From an uncultured virus (IMG/VR IMGVR_UViG_3300017733_000002) (lineage: Duplodnaviria > Heunggongvirae > Uroviricota > Caudoviricetes): a stretch of DNA of 64,000 nt. How positions within the stretch are numbered: the first letter of the stretch is position 1; each line of letters begins with the position of its first letter. Below, piece by piece: positions 8,843 to 17,501 of the stretch. A program made the translations under genes and the position numbers. The notes below the pieces were generated by a model. It was not told the origin of the DNA, did no database searches, and worked only from the letters and a program-made list of their open reading frames with translations. The DNA lies in IMG/VR virus record IMGVR_UViG_3300017733_000002. One strand, written 5' to 3'.

Positions 8843-9266
8843 GAAGACTTATAAAGTAAACAGCGATTACAGTGTAGTAAAGTCTGCATATTCTGATATT
8901 AGCGGAGAGCTGGTTCAGAAAATGCTTCCTTTTGGATGGGGCCTTGATAAATACAAAGGACTTAGAAGAAGAGCTGTTTTAAGAATATGGGCTGGATCAA
9001 AAATGTATAAGTTTAAAGTAGCAATGTACAGCTCAACTAAGCAAAAATATTATTTGCATATAGTAAATGCTGAAGATGGCCCGTTTAATTTAAAGTTTTT
9101 TAGCACAAGAATATCTGTTATTGATAAGTCTACACATACAGAGATAACAGAGACTTTAGAGTTCACAACAAAAAATAAGTGGCTTGATAATATTTTAAGT
9201 CTATTTATTAACATACATTATACTATTAAGGGAATGAAGTATAAGCTGTTCTTTTTGAACAAGTAA
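8835..9266 (+). CDS. hypothetical protein
   Basis: Track ORF 8805..9266; the ATG at 8835 is the more likely start. Confidence 0.55.
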   Translation: MTKKTYKVNSDYSVVKSAYSDISGELVQKMLPFGWGLDKYKGLRRRAVLRIWAGSKMYKFKVAMYSSTKQKYYLHIVNAEDGPFNLKFFSTRISVIDKSTHTEITETLEFTTKNKWLDNILSLFINIHYTIKGMKYKLFFLNK

Positions 9267-9278
9267 CGGAGCGATAAA

Positions 9279-9515
9279 ATGAGAAAATCATGGCCAGAAG
9301 AAAGAAGTGAAATAGCCATTTGGCTAACAGGTTATCTGTCTATGTATAAAAAGTGGGTTGATAAGATACTCGATGATGATGATTCAGAAGTAACAAAGAC
9401 TAAGATACTGACTTTGCTCACTGACTGGATTAAACAATTAGAAGAAATGAAAATTAACATAATAAAGATGTCAGATAAATTACCTGAACACCAACACAAC
9501 GATAGTGATATTTAA
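9279..9515 (+). CDS. hypothetical protein
   Basis: GGAG RBS; helical 78-aa product. Confidence 0.65.
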   Translation: MRKSWPEERSEIAIWLTGYLSMYKKWVDKILDDDDSEVTKTKILTLLTDWIKQLEEMKINIIKMSDKLPEHQHNDSDI

Positions 9516-9519
9516 TAAT

Positions 9520-9873
9520 ATGAAGTTTAAGAAACACATTCAAGAAGTCTCCAGCAATACAGGTGGATATTCTGCAGATGCAGGAGAACCTGATACAGGT
9601 TGGCTTCCGGGAGGTGATGCAAGAACTCTTGGTTATGGTAACGGTAAGCCAGAGCAATGGTTTGACTCATTAGAATATATTCAAGTAGACTTTCCAGTTG
9701 CTAGTTATATTTACGGGTCAAAGAAGGCAGATAAAAAACTCGCATACACAGTCAATAAGTCAGCAGAGATAACAGTCTTGGACAATGACATAAAACAAAT
9801 TGATAAAGACTTTGCTGAGATTAGAAAAAATCAGGAAGAGCTTTATAAAGATCTAAAGAGGAATTTAAAATGA
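9520..9873 (+). CDS. hypothetical protein with MKFKKHIQE leader
   Basis: ORF whose leader resembles T4-type capsid-targeting peptides. Confidence 0.6.
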   Translation: MKFKKHIQEVSSNTGGYSADAGEPDTGWLPGGDARTLGYGNGKPEQWFDSLEYIQVDFPVASYIYGSKKADKKLAYTVNKSAEITVLDNDIKQIDKDFAEIRKNQEELYKDLKRNLK

Positions 9874-10073
9874 TTAAGATAGACATAAGCGTAGGTGATA
9901 CAGTTTTAATGGGTAAATTTAAAAATAAAAAAGTTGTTGTTAAGTCAATAGGTAAAGATGAGTATGGAATGCCTACAATAAATGGAAGAGGAATAGTAAA
10001 ATTCCGTCCTACAGAAATGCCAAGAGAACAAAGAGACAAAGCAATAGACAACATATTAGGCGAAATGGGCTAA
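9870..10073 (+). CDS. small SH3/KOW-like protein
   Basis: VGDTVLMGKFKNKKVVVKSIGKD suggests a KOW-like beta barrel. Confidence 0.55.
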   Translation: MIKIDISVGDTVLMGKFKNKKVVVKSIGKDEYGMPTINGRGIVKFRPTEMPREQRDKAIDNILGEMG

Positions 10074-10324
10074 TGAACAAAGGTTATTTATCACAAAACG
10101 AATTTAAGACAGACTTGCCAGTATTAGACTGGGAGTGTCTTAGACTAGAAATAGAAAATTTTTATCATAATAACAAAAAGCTTTTTGATCAGCTTACACA
10201 CGGTGAAGACTTAAGTGTTAAAGAAGCAGCACAAGAAGTTTTCTATAAGTTAATTACAGACTATGCAGAATTTAAGGACAAGCCGGAAGGTACAATGTTA
10301 AACTACACAATAGCGGAGGCATAA
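10073..10324 (+). CDS. hypothetical protein
   Basis: TAATG coupling. Confidence 0.6.
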   Translation: MNKGYLSQNEFKTDLPVLDWECLRLEIENFYHNNKKLFDQLTHGEDLSVKEAAQEVFYKLITDYAEFKDKPEGTMLNYTIAEA

Positions 10325-10566
10325 TGCAGCTTAATTTGCCATTTAAATTTAATGAAGAAACAATGAATATTTCTTCTTTGCAATACGAAACTTATCCATA
10401 TATAGTATCAACTAGTGGAGCAAAGACAATGTCTATTGAAGAGATTATTATGAGATTAGAAGCAGCATATGAAGAAAAAGATTGGGATGCTGTTGACTTA
10501 TTATTACAAGACTTGAGAGCTTCGGAAGAAGAAATCGATCAATGGTCAATGACCTGGGATGACTAA
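10324..10566 (+). CDS. hypothetical acidic protein
   Basis: GGAGG RBS and TAATG coupling. Confidence 0.6.
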   Translation: MQLNLPFKFNEETMNISSLQYETYPYIVSTSGAKTMSIEEIIMRLEAAYEEKDWDAVDLLLQDLRASEEEIDQWSMTWDD

Positions 10567-10700
10567 TGAAAAGGCTACAAAAACCAAAGATGTCTGATTT
10601 TCCGATTCCTACAACAAAGATTCACAAGACAAAAAAGAAAAAATCAAGACAACAAGAGAAAATAGAATTATCTAAAAATTACAATCTTAGTATTGATTAA
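10566..10700 (+). CDS. 44-aa basic peptide
   Basis: TAATG coupling; MKRLQKPKMSDFPIPTTKIHKTKKKKSRQQEK... Confidence 0.5.
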   Translation: MKRLQKPKMSDFPIPTTKIHKTKKKKSRQQEKIELSKNYNLSID

Positions 10701-10726
10701 AAAAAGTTACAAAAAAGCAAAAAAAG

Positions 10727-10758
10727 TCCTTTACTTTTACGCAAAAAAGTGTTAGATT
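10727..10758 (+). promoter_or_regulatory. sigma70-type early promoter, copy 2
   Basis: TCCTTTACTTTTACGCA...TGtTAGATT: -35/-10 with 17-bp spacer and extended -10 TG. Confidence 0.7.
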
Positions 10759-10783
10759 TAAGTATTAAATAGGAGACTATAAT

Positions 10784-11299
10784 ATGCAAAACCTTAGCAA
10801 ATATCTAATTGGAATAGCGTTCATAACAACTATGAATGGTTATGTTGCAACTAAGTTTATGAAAGCAAACAAAGACACGTATCACGAACATTACGAGTTT
10901 CTTGCAAATCAGAACAAAGAGCTATCTGATAGATTATCAGAATTTTATCAACACGGAATAAAAGTTGATGTAACAATGTATCAGCCAAATACAATACAAT
11001 GTGATGACACACCAGATATAACAGCTGATGGCACTAAAATAAGGATACATCATGCATCTAGATATAAATTTGTTGCTCTTTCTCGTAACTTACTCGCAAG
11101 ATGGGGAGGACCTTTTAATTATGGTGATTTTGTATTATTGAAAGGTACAGATGGAAAAGACGGCGTTTATCAAGTAAGAGATACAATGAATGCAAAGTGG
11201 GTTAATGTTGTAGACATATTAGAGTCTGAACATGTCAAACCGTATAAATTTACAGACGTAGACATTTTTAAATTAAACTGGACAAAGGAGAATGCATGA
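10784..11299 (+). CDS. membrane-anchored 3D-domain (MltA-like) peptidoglycan hydrolase
   Basis: TM helix, coiled coil, then VTMY..., ITADG, VALSR, V.DTM and VDIL. Confidence 0.75.
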   Translation: MQNLSKYLIGIAFITTMNGYVATKFMKANKDTYHEHYEFLANQNKELSDRLSEFYQHGIKVDVTMYQPNTIQCDDTPDITADGTKIRIHHASRYKFVALSRNLLARWGGPFNYGDFVLLKGTDGKDGVYQVRDTMNAKWVNVVDILESEHVKPYKFTDVDIFKLNWTKENA

Positions 11300-12042
11300 G
11301 AATAAGTGCAGAACAGATCGAATCAAATTGGTCTGAGTTACGTAAAATAATAAATGACACATTTGAAGGTGAGAGATTAGAAAAGATTAATGCACTTCAT
11401 GATCATTTTGAAGAAAGAATGACACTAGCACCAGCATCTGGCAGAGCTTATTATCACAATGCTTTTCCAGGTGGTTATGTTGCACATGTCTTAAACATAA
11501 TGCAATGGGCTCACAAATACTATAATTTATTTAAAGATCAGGGAATGTTCTTAGACGATATTACAGAAGAATCGGTTACATTTGCTGCAATGTTTCATGA
11601 TCTTGGCAAGATAGGAAATATGGAAGATGACTATTACGTCACAAATACTGACGAATGGCGTGCAAAGAAATTACAAGAGCACTACAACCATAATCCTGCA
11701 ATTCATTATATGACTGTTACTGATAGAGCTGTTTGGATTCTAAACCAATTTCAGATTTCAATGACAGAATCAGAGTATATTGGTATGAGGCTTGCAGATG
11801 GTTTATATAATGAACAAAACACATCTTACTTTTTTGAAGGTGCTGAATGGAAGGCAATGAAAACAAACTTACCACACATTGTATCTATGGCTGATATGTC
11901 AGCAGCAAGACAAGAGAAAGAAGAATTTATGTTATCTGGTGAATCTCGTATAGACTTTCCGAAGTATATGAAAGGTGAGACTAAAGAAGAAGAGCTAGTA
12001 AAGAATTTAGACACTGACAAATTAAAGGATCTGTTCTCATGA
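11296..12042 (+). CDS. HD-domain phosphohydrolase
   Basis: APAS...YHNAFPGGYVAH, FHDLGKIG and MAD motifs (YhaM-like HD). Confidence 0.85.
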   Translation: MRISAEQIESNWSELRKIINDTFEGERLEKINALHDHFEERMTLAPASGRAYYHNAFPGGYVAHVLNIMQWAHKYYNLFKDQGMFLDDITEESVTFAAMFHDLGKIGNMEDDYYVTNTDEWRAKKLQEHYNHNPAIHYMTVTDRAVWILNQFQISMTESEYIGMRLADGLYNEQNTSYFFEGAEWKAMKTNLPHIVSMADMSAARQEKEEFMLSGESRIDFPKYMKGETKEEELVKNLDTDKLKDLFS

Positions 12043-12296
12043 TGCTAGAAATAATGTTGTGTACATTTATATTCACTACAATAGTATCAATCTATATAGT
12101 AGTTAATTTATATAAGAAATGTGACAAACTAGAACTGTGGACGGATGCAACTTATCAAATGATACAGGGCACATTAGCTGACTTTAGAAAAATCGATTCT
12201 ACAGGTCACTTTGAGTCTGATGATGAGATAGGTGCGATATTTGAACAGATGAAAGAAACAATAAACCATTTAGAAAAAATAACAGAGGAAAATTAA
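12039..12296 (+). CDS. single-TM hypothetical protein
   Basis: N-terminal TM helix and FESDDEIG. Confidence 0.65.
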   Translation: MMLEIMLCTFIFTTIVSIYIVVNLYKKCDKLELWTDATYQMIQGTLADFRKIDSTGHFESDDEIGAIFEQMKETINHLEKITEEN

Positions 12297-12299
12297 AAC

Positions 12300-13019
12300 A
12301 TGCCACGCAAGAAATCAAAAACAAGAATGTATTTTACAGAAGAAACCGAAGCAGCAATTGTAGCTTATAATGCAACTGATTCGCATAGAGAAAGAAATAT
12401 AATTTATAATGAGTCTCTTAGACAGCCTTTTGAAAAATTAGTTGAAAACATAATCCACACTTTTAAGTTTTATTACTTTGATTATCCTATTGAAAGTGTT
12501 AAGCATGATGTTATATCTTTTATGATAACAAGGCTTGACAAGTATAAGCAAGGAAAAGGCAAGGCATTTAGTTATTTTAGTGTTGTTGTTAAGAACTGGT
12601 TGATTTGCCACAATAATAACAATTATAAAAAGATGAAGACTCATAACGATGTCTTAGACCTTAAACACAAAGATGTAAAGAATACTTCTTACGATGACAA
12701 CACAGTTAGATCTCAAGAAGAGAGAGAATTTTTTAAGTCTGTTATTGATTACTGGGAAGAAAATATTACAAAAGTATTTAAAAAAGAGCGTGATATTAAA
12801 ATTGCGTGGTCCATTATAGAGCTTATGTCTCGTGTCGATGCAATTGAAATCTTTAACAAGAAGGCACTGTATATTTTATTAAGGGAAATATCAGGACATA
12901 GTACACAACATATTACTAGAGTACTTAATGTTATGAGAAGCCATTATAAGAACCTCTATACTAAATGGGACAAAGAAGGAGACATTGCACATCCTCCTGT
13001 TACAAAACGTACTATTTAG
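12300..13019 (+). CDS. phage sigma factor (late, gp55-like)
   Basis: Region-2-like KYKQGKGKAFSYFSVVVKNWL; sits directly upstream of the structural module. Confidence 0.7.
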   Translation: MPRKKSKTRMYFTEETEAAIVAYNATDSHRERNIIYNESLRQPFEKLVENIIHTFKFYYFDYPIESVKHDVISFMITRLDKYKQGKGKAFSYFSVVVKNWLICHNNNNYKKMKTHNDVLDLKHKDVKNTSYDDNTVRSQEEREFFKSVIDYWEENITKVFKKERDIKIAWSIIELMSRVDAIEIFNKKALYILLREISGHSTQHITRVLNVMRSHYKNLYTKWDKEGDIAHPPVTKRTI

Positions 13020-13030
13020 TAAGTTCTAGT

Positions 13031-13038
13031 ATATTTAT
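13031..13038 (+). promoter_or_regulatory. candidate late promoter ATATTTAT
   Basis: Same octamer occurs intergenically at 28515, 30470, 31566 and 38739. Confidence 0.55.
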
Positions 13039-13055
13039 AGTCAAAGGACGTTCTA

Positions 13056-13430
13056 ATGTCAGCTGACTATGAAATATTCAAAGGGACAACAGTATAAGAT
13101 CTATTTAAAAAGATAGACGATAATTCAAAGCGAAATAAGATTCAGATAGAGTCACTTATACAGGAAATGATGACATTCATCAAAGATCCTCAAAGTGCAC
13201 AAACTTTGTTTCCTATGATAAGTGATTTCATGGAAGCAAATGTAAGAAATGATGAATTGTTAGTTAAGCTAGCAGCAGTAGTACAAAGAGTTATGCAAAC
13301 AGAAACAAAATCTGTAGAAAGTGATTTCGGTTTATCTGACAAAGAAAAAGAAGATATTATTAGTAAGCTAGAAGAAGCTACTGCTGGTATACAGAAAGAA
13401 GTAGACGATATCGCACTTGATATAACATAG
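13056..13430 (+). pseudogene. helical phage protein with one in-frame TAA (13095-13097)
   Basis: AAGGA RBS then MSADYEIFKGTTV*DLFKKIDDNSK..., continuing in frame into track ORF 13167..13430. Confidence 0.6.
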
Positions 13431-13439
13431 AGGATAAAT

Positions 13440-14663
13440 ATGAGTGATTCTCACGAAACAGTCCTCATCGATAAATTACACAACTCACAAATCAGCATAG
13501 ATCCAACAAATGATCTTCCTGACGAAAAGCGTGTAAGAGAAATCGTTGATGCCATTGTTCAAAATGAAAAGATAGTAACAGTTCAATCAATAATTGCTGA
13601 AGTTGTTGATGTTGTTATGGATGAAAATGATTTAGATGATGACGTAACACCACTTCACATTGGCTGTATAAAAGTAAACACAGGAAATGTACCGTTTCCT
13701 ATACTCCCTAAAGACGATAGTGGCTGGGTATTTCCATTAGACTCTCAAGTAAAATGCTATCCTGTTCCTGGTGAATTAGTTGCCATTATAAATTATGGTG
13801 CACAAACATATTATTTTCAGCCGCTTAATATAAGAAATAGTGTTAACAATAATATAATGCTAGGATCAATGGCAACACAACAAGACGGAAAAGCAACAAC
13901 AAAAAATATTAATGAATATGTAAAGAATTTTAAAAGACAAGTTGTAAATAGACCAGTTAAAAATTTTCCTGGAGACTGGGCAGTTAATGGTAGAAATGAC
14001 CAGTCAATAAGGATAGGAACTGATGTAGTTGCAGACACTGACAGTATTCCTAGTCCGGACAACGCTGTAATAAAGATGTCAATATCTTCTATAGAAGAAA
14101 ATTCTAGAAATGCACTTCTACCAAGAAAAGAAAATATCAACCTGGATCCTGCTTCTTTATGGATGACTAGAAATGAAACTGTTAAGATTGATATTTCACC
14201 GAGTGCAGGTGAAACATTTACACCTTCTGAACTTAAGGGTTCACAAATAGTAGGTAATTCTGAACGGATTACTTTTAATACTAAGGGTGTGGGTGATAAA
14301 GGACAGATTAATTTATTCGCATCAAATACAGCAAATGTAATATCAAAAAACAATACGAATCTTGTTGGTAAGAATGTTTTGATAGGTGATGTAGAAGCAA
14401 ATAATTTACAGCCGGCAGTATTAGGAGATAATTTAGTCACTCTGCTTCATCAGCTATTTCAGCAGCTAAATAGTTTTGCAACACAATTATCATCTGCAAC
14501 AGGTGTAGGTAATATAGGTGGACCAGTTCCTCTACCTGCAATTATGGGAGCAGGTGCTGGGATGTCAGGATACGCCGGTACTGCTGGGCAGAAATCAGCA
14601 CTAGAAAACTTACTATTGAGTAAAAATGTTAAAGTATCAAAAAGACCCAAAACAGGATTATAA
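13440..14663 (+). CDS. baseplate hub / central spike (gp5/VgrG-like)
   Basis: OB-fold-like YPVPGELV, GD...GR...SIR.G, a beta-helix-like C-terminal part and PAVLGD.L; lies upstream of gp25 and gp6. Confidence 0.65.
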   Translation: MSDSHETVLIDKLHNSQISIDPTNDLPDEKRVREIVDAIVQNEKIVTVQSIIAEVVDVVMDENDLDDDVTPLHIGCIKVNTGNVPFPILPKDDSGWVFPLDSQVKCYPVPGELVAIINYGAQTYYFQPLNIRNSVNNNIMLGSMATQQDGKATTKNINEYVKNFKRQVVNRPVKNFPGDWAVNGRNDQSIRIGTDVVADTDSIPSPDNAVIKMSISSIEENSRNALLPRKENINLDPASLWMTRNETVKIDISPSAGETFTPSELKGSQIVGNSERITFNTKGVGDKGQINLFASNTANVISKNNTNLVGKNVLIGDVEANNLQPAVLGDNLVTLLHQLFQQLNSFATQLSSATGVGNIGGPVPLPAIMGAGAGMSGYAGTAGQKSALENLLLSKNVKVSKRPKTGL

Positions 14664-16129
14664 TGGCACTAGACTGTAACAACATTACATCACTAAAAAG
14701 AAATCTCTCACCAGGGGCAACATTATTACTAGGCGATCAGATTGTAGATGGTGATGCTATTTTTCAAGGCGGAGAGTCTAGCACTACTGGAGTGAGTGAA
14801 GAAGAATTATTACAAAATCAAGCTGCTGCTGAAGTTTATGACATCGAGCTTACAACTACCTCAGCTTTCAATACAGGTGATACATTAGGAGCTGGAGATT
14901 ATATAACAGAAGAAGGTTTTATAGCGGGGCCTAATGGTATTGAGGTCATCCACTCTGGATATGGAGGTGATGCAAGAATATTTGCTGAAGGAACTTCATT
15001 AGATGTAGGAGATATTGTAGTTAATGGAAAAGTAATAGATCCTGATGGTAATATTTTAGATGCTCCTGTCTCTATAGATAGAGAAGGTTACAAGATTGGA
15101 GAAGGCGGAGGAATTGTTACACCTGGTGGTGCTGATTCTGATGATGCTTATTGCAGTCTTCAAGAGTTGGCAGGAAAGCCACAAAAAGGTGATAGGTTAG
15201 ATGATCTTGCAGCAAAACTAGATTTTGACGTTAACATTCCTGGTCTATCTGGTGACTGGTGGGTGAAGATACAGAAAAAGATAAATGCACTTACAATGAT
15301 GCAGGGGAAGTTTCTTTCAAAGACACAAAACCTAATTACACTTATGGAGATGGAGCCTGATAAGGCTTGTGATCTCATACCAGATGTTAACAAGCTAGTT
15401 AAGATTATGAACAAGGTCTTAAAGACTATTAGCAAGATTAATAAAATTTTAAAGAAAATAAACAAGACAATTAAGAAAATTAAAAAAGTAGTAAAGTTAA
15501 TTTTAAAACTCATAAAACCTCTAAGAGTAGTACAAGCAATCTTGTTTATGATACAGATGATAGAAGGCATTCCAATAATGATTGATGCTGCTGTAAAGAA
15601 TATGACAATGACACAAAAAGTACTACCACAGTTAATTGCACTTTTGCAAAAGATAGTTGCACAGTGCGCAATGAATAGAGGTGCAGAAGCAGGCCTATCT
15701 AAAGAGCAGTGTGAAAAGCTTGGTGGTGTTTATGTTGATAGAGCACTAGGAGATTTAGGTGATGCTGGTTCGCTAGACGGAGCACCTGGTTTGCCTGATC
15801 CAAATGCAGACTTAGACAATTTACTAGATGATTTAAATGAAGGAGATGATGGAGACAATTTATACTTCCCTCCTAATATGGGCCTTAATCCTGGTGATAC
15901 ACTAATTGATGGAATTGCTTTAGGAGATGGAGGAGAAACTTTACAAGCTCCAGCAACAGTACCAGCAACTGGTAACTGGGTGATGGGAGAAGATGGAGGT
16001 GCAGGAGTTTCTGAAAATGGAATACTTAGTGAAGAAGAAATTGATGCAATATTAGACTCACAAATTTTAGATCTGTCAGAATGTATGACAGAATTAGATG
16101 ATATGTTAAAAACAACAAGCTATAGATAA
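14663..16129 (+). CDS. putative virion protein with long amphipathic basic helix
   Basis: Acidic Gly-rich ends around a central K/I/L-rich helix; within the baseplate operon. Confidence 0.6.
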   Translation: MALDCNNITSLKRNLSPGATLLLGDQIVDGDAIFQGGESSTTGVSEEELLQNQAAAEVYDIELTTTSAFNTGDTLGAGDYITEEGFIAGPNGIEVIHSGYGGDARIFAEGTSLDVGDIVVNGKVIDPDGNILDAPVSIDREGYKIGEGGGIVTPGGADSDDAYCSLQELAGKPQKGDRLDDLAAKLDFDVNIPGLSGDWWVKIQKKINALTMMQGKFLSKTQNLITLMEMEPDKACDLIPDVNKLVKIMNKVLKTISKINKILKKINKTIKKIKKVVKLILKLIKPLRVVQAILFMIQMIEGIPIMIDAAVKNMTMTQKVLPQLIALLQKIVAQCAMNRGAEAGLSKEQCEKLGGVYVDRALGDLGDAGSLDGAPGLPDPNADLDNLLDDLNEGDDGDNLYFPPNMGLNPGDTLIDGIALGDGGETLQAPATVPATGNWVMGEDGGAGVSENGILSEEEIDAILDSQILDLSECMTELDDMLKTTSYR

Positions 16130-16140
16130 AGGTAAGCAAA

Positions 16141-16554
16141 ATGAATAAAAAACAAATAACGACACTAAAAAAATTGATAAAAGAAATGGTGTCTAAAGAA
16201 GTTGCTAAACAAATGCAAATTGTAATATCAGAAATAACAAACCCACCAGTAAAGAATACTGTAAGTGAACTCATGGCAGATGAAATTAGTTCAGGGCCAA
16301 AGACTAACTTAAATGTAAAAGATCCCGTTCTTAATAAGATATTAAATGAGACAGAAGGCGGAATCGGTGGCGGTCAAGAAGCATATCCAACAATGGGTGG
16401 AGGTGCTTATACTTCTGATAGAATGACAGAAGTCGCAGGTGTTACACCAGCAGGACAACCTACAGGTGCTATGCCAGATTTTATGCAAAAAGCAATGAGT
16501 GGTCATTCAGCAAAAGTTGTTAAAGCAATAGAAAAGAAACATGGCTCTAGATAA
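16141..16554 (+). CDS. hypothetical virion-associated protein
   Basis: LKKLIKEMVSKEV leader and LNKILNET. Confidence 0.65.
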   Translation: MNKKQITTLKKLIKEMVSKEVAKQMQIVISEITNPPVKNTVSELMADEISSGPKTNLNVKDPVLNKILNETEGGIGGGQEAYPTMGGGAYTSDRMTEVAGVTPAGQPTGAMPDFMQKAMSGHSAKVVKAIEKKHGSR

Positions 16555-17065
16555 AAAACGATTAGTAAGAAATATTGCAAAGATAGAGAACGATAAGACA
16601 GCGAAAAATACGTTTCTCAAGACAAAGCCTAAAATTCAGGAGATGAAAGAGAACGTAGAAGAAGCTTCAAAGTTGGCCAATGCAATACACGATTATGTCG
16701 CCAGAGCAGAAGTTGAACAAGTAGGTGATGGAGGATTTAAAACTCTCCCTGGAGGAATAAGAATTCCTCAACCTGGCAATAGGAACTCTCTAAAAATAAC
16801 TCCGCTCATTGAAAAAAATAGTCTTCAATGGATTGCAGATGATATACAACAATTGTTAGGAATATTAGCACCGACCATTCAGCAACAAGCTGCTCTAGAT
16901 AATATGAAACAAGGATTAGAGCTTGGTATTGTGACTACAAATGCAGGAATACGATATTTAACTACAAGGAGAAGAGCATCTCAGCTTGGTGGCTCCTTTC
17001 AGCCAGTATCAGATAACTTGGCTAAAGAATTAAAAAAGAATGCAGGCAAAGGTAGATTAAAATAA
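16541..17065 (+). CDS. hypothetical protein
   Basis: ORF in the baseplate operon. Confidence 0.6.
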   Translation: MALDKKRLVRNIAKIENDKTAKNTFLKTKPKIQEMKENVEEASKLANAIHDYVARAEVEQVGDGGFKTLPGGIRIPQPGNRNSLKITPLIEKNSLQWIADDIQQLLGILAPTIQQQAALDNMKQGLELGIVTTNAGIRYLTTRRRASQLGGSFQPVSDNLAKELKKNAGKGRLK

Positions 17066-17499
17066 TGGCAATCGAAGATTACAGAAACGCCTCAGCAAGA
17101 TCAAGAGATAATGATCCTGATGCTAGGATTGGTTTAACACTGCCGATTAGAAGTGGACAAAATGGATTTTTTAAATCCTCTTCTACGTTGTTAGAGCAAA
17201 CAAAGACTAACTTAAAAAATTTATTGTTAACTGTCAAGGGTGAGAGATTAGCTCAGCCAGAATTTGGAAGCAATATATTTAATTTATTGTTTGAAAACTT
17301 TGAGCCTGGTCTTGAAAAGAAATTAGAAGAAAGCATAAAGTCAACTGTTGCACACTGGTTGCCACATGTAATTATAAAGACACTTATTATTGATGCTCAA
17401 GACGATCAAAATACTGTTGGAATATCTATAGGGTTTGCTGTTAAGACAGATCCTAATTCTACAGAATCTGTGTCATTGACACTAGCAAGAGGAGGATAA
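17065..17499 (+). CDS. baseplate wedge subunit, gp25-like
   Basis: NLKNLLLT.KGER..QPEFGS.I..LLFE and WLP.V. Confidence 0.9.
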   Translation: MAIEDYRNASARSRDNDPDARIGLTLPIRSGQNGFFKSSSTLLEQTKTNLKNLLLTVKGERLAQPEFGSNIFNLLFENFEPGLEKKLEESIKSTVAHWLPHVIIKTLIIDAQDDQNTVGISIGFAVKTDPNSTESVSLTLARGG

Positions 17500-17501
17500 G
17501 A

